DNA of 64,000 nt, taken from NCBI GenBank assembly GCA_002269645.1, contig NIVC01001811.1:62001-126000 (forward strand). Reading direction: 5' to 3'. The translations under genes and the position numbers were made by a program. Position 1 is the stretch's first letter; each line of letters begins with the position of its first letter. The notes under the pieces were generated by a model that saw nothing but the letters and a program-made list of their open reading frames with translations, was not told the origin of the DNA and made no database searches. The stretch is from Macrostomum lignano (lineage: Eukaryota). Shown here one piece after another: positions 61,170 through 64,000 of the stretch.

Positions 61170-61630
61170 AATACATTGCCGACGTAAACTTTTGCCGACG
61201 CTAACTTTTTCTGTAAATTATATATTCTAATACATTGCCGACGTAAACTTTTGCCGACGCTAACTTTAATTTCCCGTTCAAAATACATTGCCGACGTAAA
61301 CTTTTGCTGACGCTAACTTTTCCCATTCAAAATACATTGCCGACTTAAATTTTGCCGACGCTAACTTTTCTATAAATTATATATTCTAATACATTGCCGA
61401 CGTAAACTTTTGCCGGCGCTAACTTTTCCCGTTCAAATACATTATTGCCGACGCAAACTTTTGCCGACGCTAACTGTTCTCGTTCAAAATACATTGCCAA
61501 TGTAAACTTTTGCCGACGCTAACTTTTCCCATTCAAAATACATTGCCGACGTAAACTTTTGCTGACGCTAACTTTTCCCATTCAAAATACATTGCCGACT
61601 TAAATTTTTGCCGACGCTAACTTTTCCCGT
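61170..61630. repeat. ~50-65-bp minisatellite built from paired TTGCCGACG motifs
   Basis: aatacattgccgacgtaaacttttgccgacgctaactttt repeated about 8 times. Confidence 0.9.
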
Positions 61631-62400
61631 CCCAGCCACCCTTATCCTGAGCCAAAGGTATAAGGTCACTGCACTATTCAGCCTCGACACGAGGCGAGTG
61701 ACAGCTGGAGCGATTCTGAAGTCCACTGTTACACTGACGGCTCAATGAGGCATGGTCTTTTAGGCTTCGGAGCTTGCGTCTTCTTCAAGGAGAAGAGTGT
61801 GGAGCTACTCTCAGCACACTGGGCTCAACTCCAGTGTTTTTACAGAGCGAGGTGCTTGCCATCAGCTGCTGCGCGGCAGAGCTGCGCCGAAGGCAGCACT
61901 GTCGGAATCTATTTTTCACTCTGCGGTTGGTGGCAAGACCCCCTACCCCTCTCCTCTCCTGCGTAGAGCCCTCAACCGCAGAGACCTCAGCGCAGTCAGC
62001 ATGGCCTTCTCCGGGCATGGCTGCTTCTCTCGCCACCGCTTCCTTCAGGGCCAAGTACCCGAGGAGCGGTGCCCCTTCCCCGCTCGCTGAGCATTTTATC
62101 TGCCACTGCCCGGTTTTCACCAGGGCCAGGCTCACTCACCTCGGGCCAAACCCGGTTCTCTCCGACGTTTGCAGGCCCGAGAGCATCCCGCTGCTCGCCC
62201 GGTACCTCAGGGACACGGGAGAGCTTATTTCTTCCCCACCGCCGGTGAGGAGGACCGCGCTGCAGGCGAGACCGACGGGTCCCCCTGAGCGACATCACTT
62301 CGATGGAAGTCATGGTCTCCAGGGGCTAGCGGAATGGGCGGTCTCCTCCGCCTCCTCGCTGCATCCGCCGGACGCCCCCTGCAGCTAAATCAAGTTAAGT
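61630..62400 (+). mobile_element. decayed, internally deleted 3' fragment of an R1/LOA-type non-LTR retrotransposon
   Basis: RNase H start HCYTDGS and VFLQSEVLAI, followed by C-terminal motifs LNRRDL....FSGHG....H....CPF and EHFICHCP.F...R...LG, spread across frameshifts. Confidence 0.75.
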
Positions 62401-62904
62401 CAACCTCCCTGGCGATCAATTCACTTCTTGAAATCGGTCGCGCAGCGCCCGGATGTCGCTAGTGTACATGTGTACGTGTAGAACTCTGCCGATTGATTCT
62501 CCAGCCACTGGTTGGCAAGGGGTTGGGTTCCTAGAGACTTATAGCTCTTCGTTAGACTCGAAATGGGGTCCGCGGAGCGGCCGCTTATTTACATGCAAAA
62601 GTTGACAGAGCAGCTTACATGTAATTATAAAGTTAGAGGGTGCCAGGTCTGGTGAATTGGCCAGCGCCGCGTCGCCATGGATTTTATTGTGGGGGGGACA
62701 AAGCCGGGAATTCTACATCTACATGTACATGACTGAAGTCGTACATGTACATTTTTTCAGAATCGGTGTTCTCATTGCTCATTTTTGGCGCCGCATGCAT
62801 TCATTTTGGCTCCGCAGGCATTTAGTAACAGTAAAAGGTATCAAAACAACCGGTTTTAACCAAAAGTATCCGAACTACATGTACATCTATCAGCATCAAA
62901 GCGT

Positions 62905-64000
62905 GGTATAGCCGCTGTAGCTTGACCTGGAGCTGCGGTCTTAGGTTCTCTGAGTCTAAAACCGTGGCTATTATGTTCCCCAGCCGCCGAAACTGGAGGA
63001 TCGAACCGCTCTCCCTCTATGGCAAACCCGTTGCCATGGAGAAACAAACCAGATGTCTGGGCATCACCCTCTCGACCACAGGTTGAATTGGACTCCACAC
63101 GTCCAAACCAAAGCCCGCAAAGCTCTCGCGACTCTCGCGCAGATCTGCAAAGCTTTTGGCGCTACCTGGGGCCTCACACCCCGTCGCCTCTGGTGGATTT
63201 ACTCTGCCATCGTGAGACCGGCCATCTCCTTCGCCGGCTTCATTTGGAACAGTTCCCTAGAGGTGAAAGGGGTTCTCGATGCTCTTAACAGGGTGGAAGG
63301 CCGAGCTTGTCGAGCTATCATGAGCACGGCTCCCTCTACACCCTGTACTGGTATGAACTCCTTCCTGGACATTCCCCCTTAACCTCTTTGTCAAAGGGCA
63401 GGCAAAGAAGACCAACTCGACCCGCCGTCTGCTTGACGCGGGTGTCCCCATCCAGAAGCAGTTCGCCTTCAGGAAGCGGAACCTCCGGCCGCACGGTGAC
63501 AGCCTGCGAGACCTGGAAGCAGTAGGAAGCCTGCTGACCCTCTCGGACGGAATTCCGTCCACGCTCTGCCCTCCGCTCAAATTCAAAACCAGCATTCCAC
63601 CACGCCATGAGGCTAGGGACAACCGGAAACCCCGTGAAATCCACTGCTTCACTGACGGGTCCCAAATCAACTCCGCCCCTGGCTACGGCTACTGCATCGT
63701 GTCTGGAGGGAGAACTGTGGTGGCCTTCTTTCCAGCACACCGGCACCTGCTCCACCGTCTTCCAGAACGAAGTTCTCGCATCAGCTCCTGCGCCATCAGC
63801 GCGTCTGGGGGAAGGAGATGATCCTCTCCACTCGGTCAAGCGGCGATCCACGCCCTTGAGCGCACACCATCACCTGCTATCGTACAGTCCTCGACTGCAT
63901 CAGGCAGCTAGCTCAACCGCTTAGTCGCATCTAACAAGGTGTCCCTATAAGGTGGATCCCCGGGCACTCGGGCCACCCTGGCAACGAGCTGGCCGATCGT
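62905..64000 (+). mobile_element. decayed R1/LOA-type non-LTR retrotransposon (RT thumb end + RNase H), runs off window
   Basis: LRFSESKTVAIMF; LDHRLNW..HV..KA.KA...L....GATWGLTP..L.WIYSAIVRP.I; HCFTDGS; STVFQNEV; WIPGHSGHPGNELADR. Multiple frameshifts. Confidence 0.85.

Noticed and set aside
62455-62890. Cluster of TACATGTA palindromes
   Set aside because: A common low-complexity motif in invertebrate genomes, with no defined element boundaries.

Overview
This is eukaryotic (metazoan invertebrate) genomic DNA with GT-AG introns and very dense minisatellites. The style resembles a flatworm such as Macrostomum, but that is inference only. Three host genes are recognisable: the 3' part of a filamin+NHL (TRIM-NHL-like) gene (+, 3068-5983), an eight-finger hunchback gene (-, 17297-22773) and METTL3/MT-A70 (-, 48584-54439). 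Mobile elements: a full-length, very young Ty3/Gypsy LTR retrotransposon (-, 7935-16572), a 5'-truncated Penelope-like element with a hammerhead ribozyme (+, 55008-57231), a hAT-type MITE (59349-60083) and two decayed R1/LOA-type LINE fragments. The Gypsy element has a CAAT TSD, a tRNA-His PBS, a PPT and a GGGAAAC + pseudoknot -1 frameshift. There is also a ~4.6-4.9 kb tandem duplication upstream of hunchback and an 8.7 kb 30-bp minisatellite. The most striking observation is the third ORF of the Gypsy element. In the env position it carries an uninterrupted 558-aa ORF that appears to fuse an HPD-less J-domain to a complete TatD-nuclease-like fold whose metal ligands are mostly substituted. 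This looks like a retrotransposon-borne double pseudo-domain (co-chaperone/nuclease decoy) cargo that I do not recognise from described elements. All domain calls are by-eye motif alignments and need HMM/structure confirmation.
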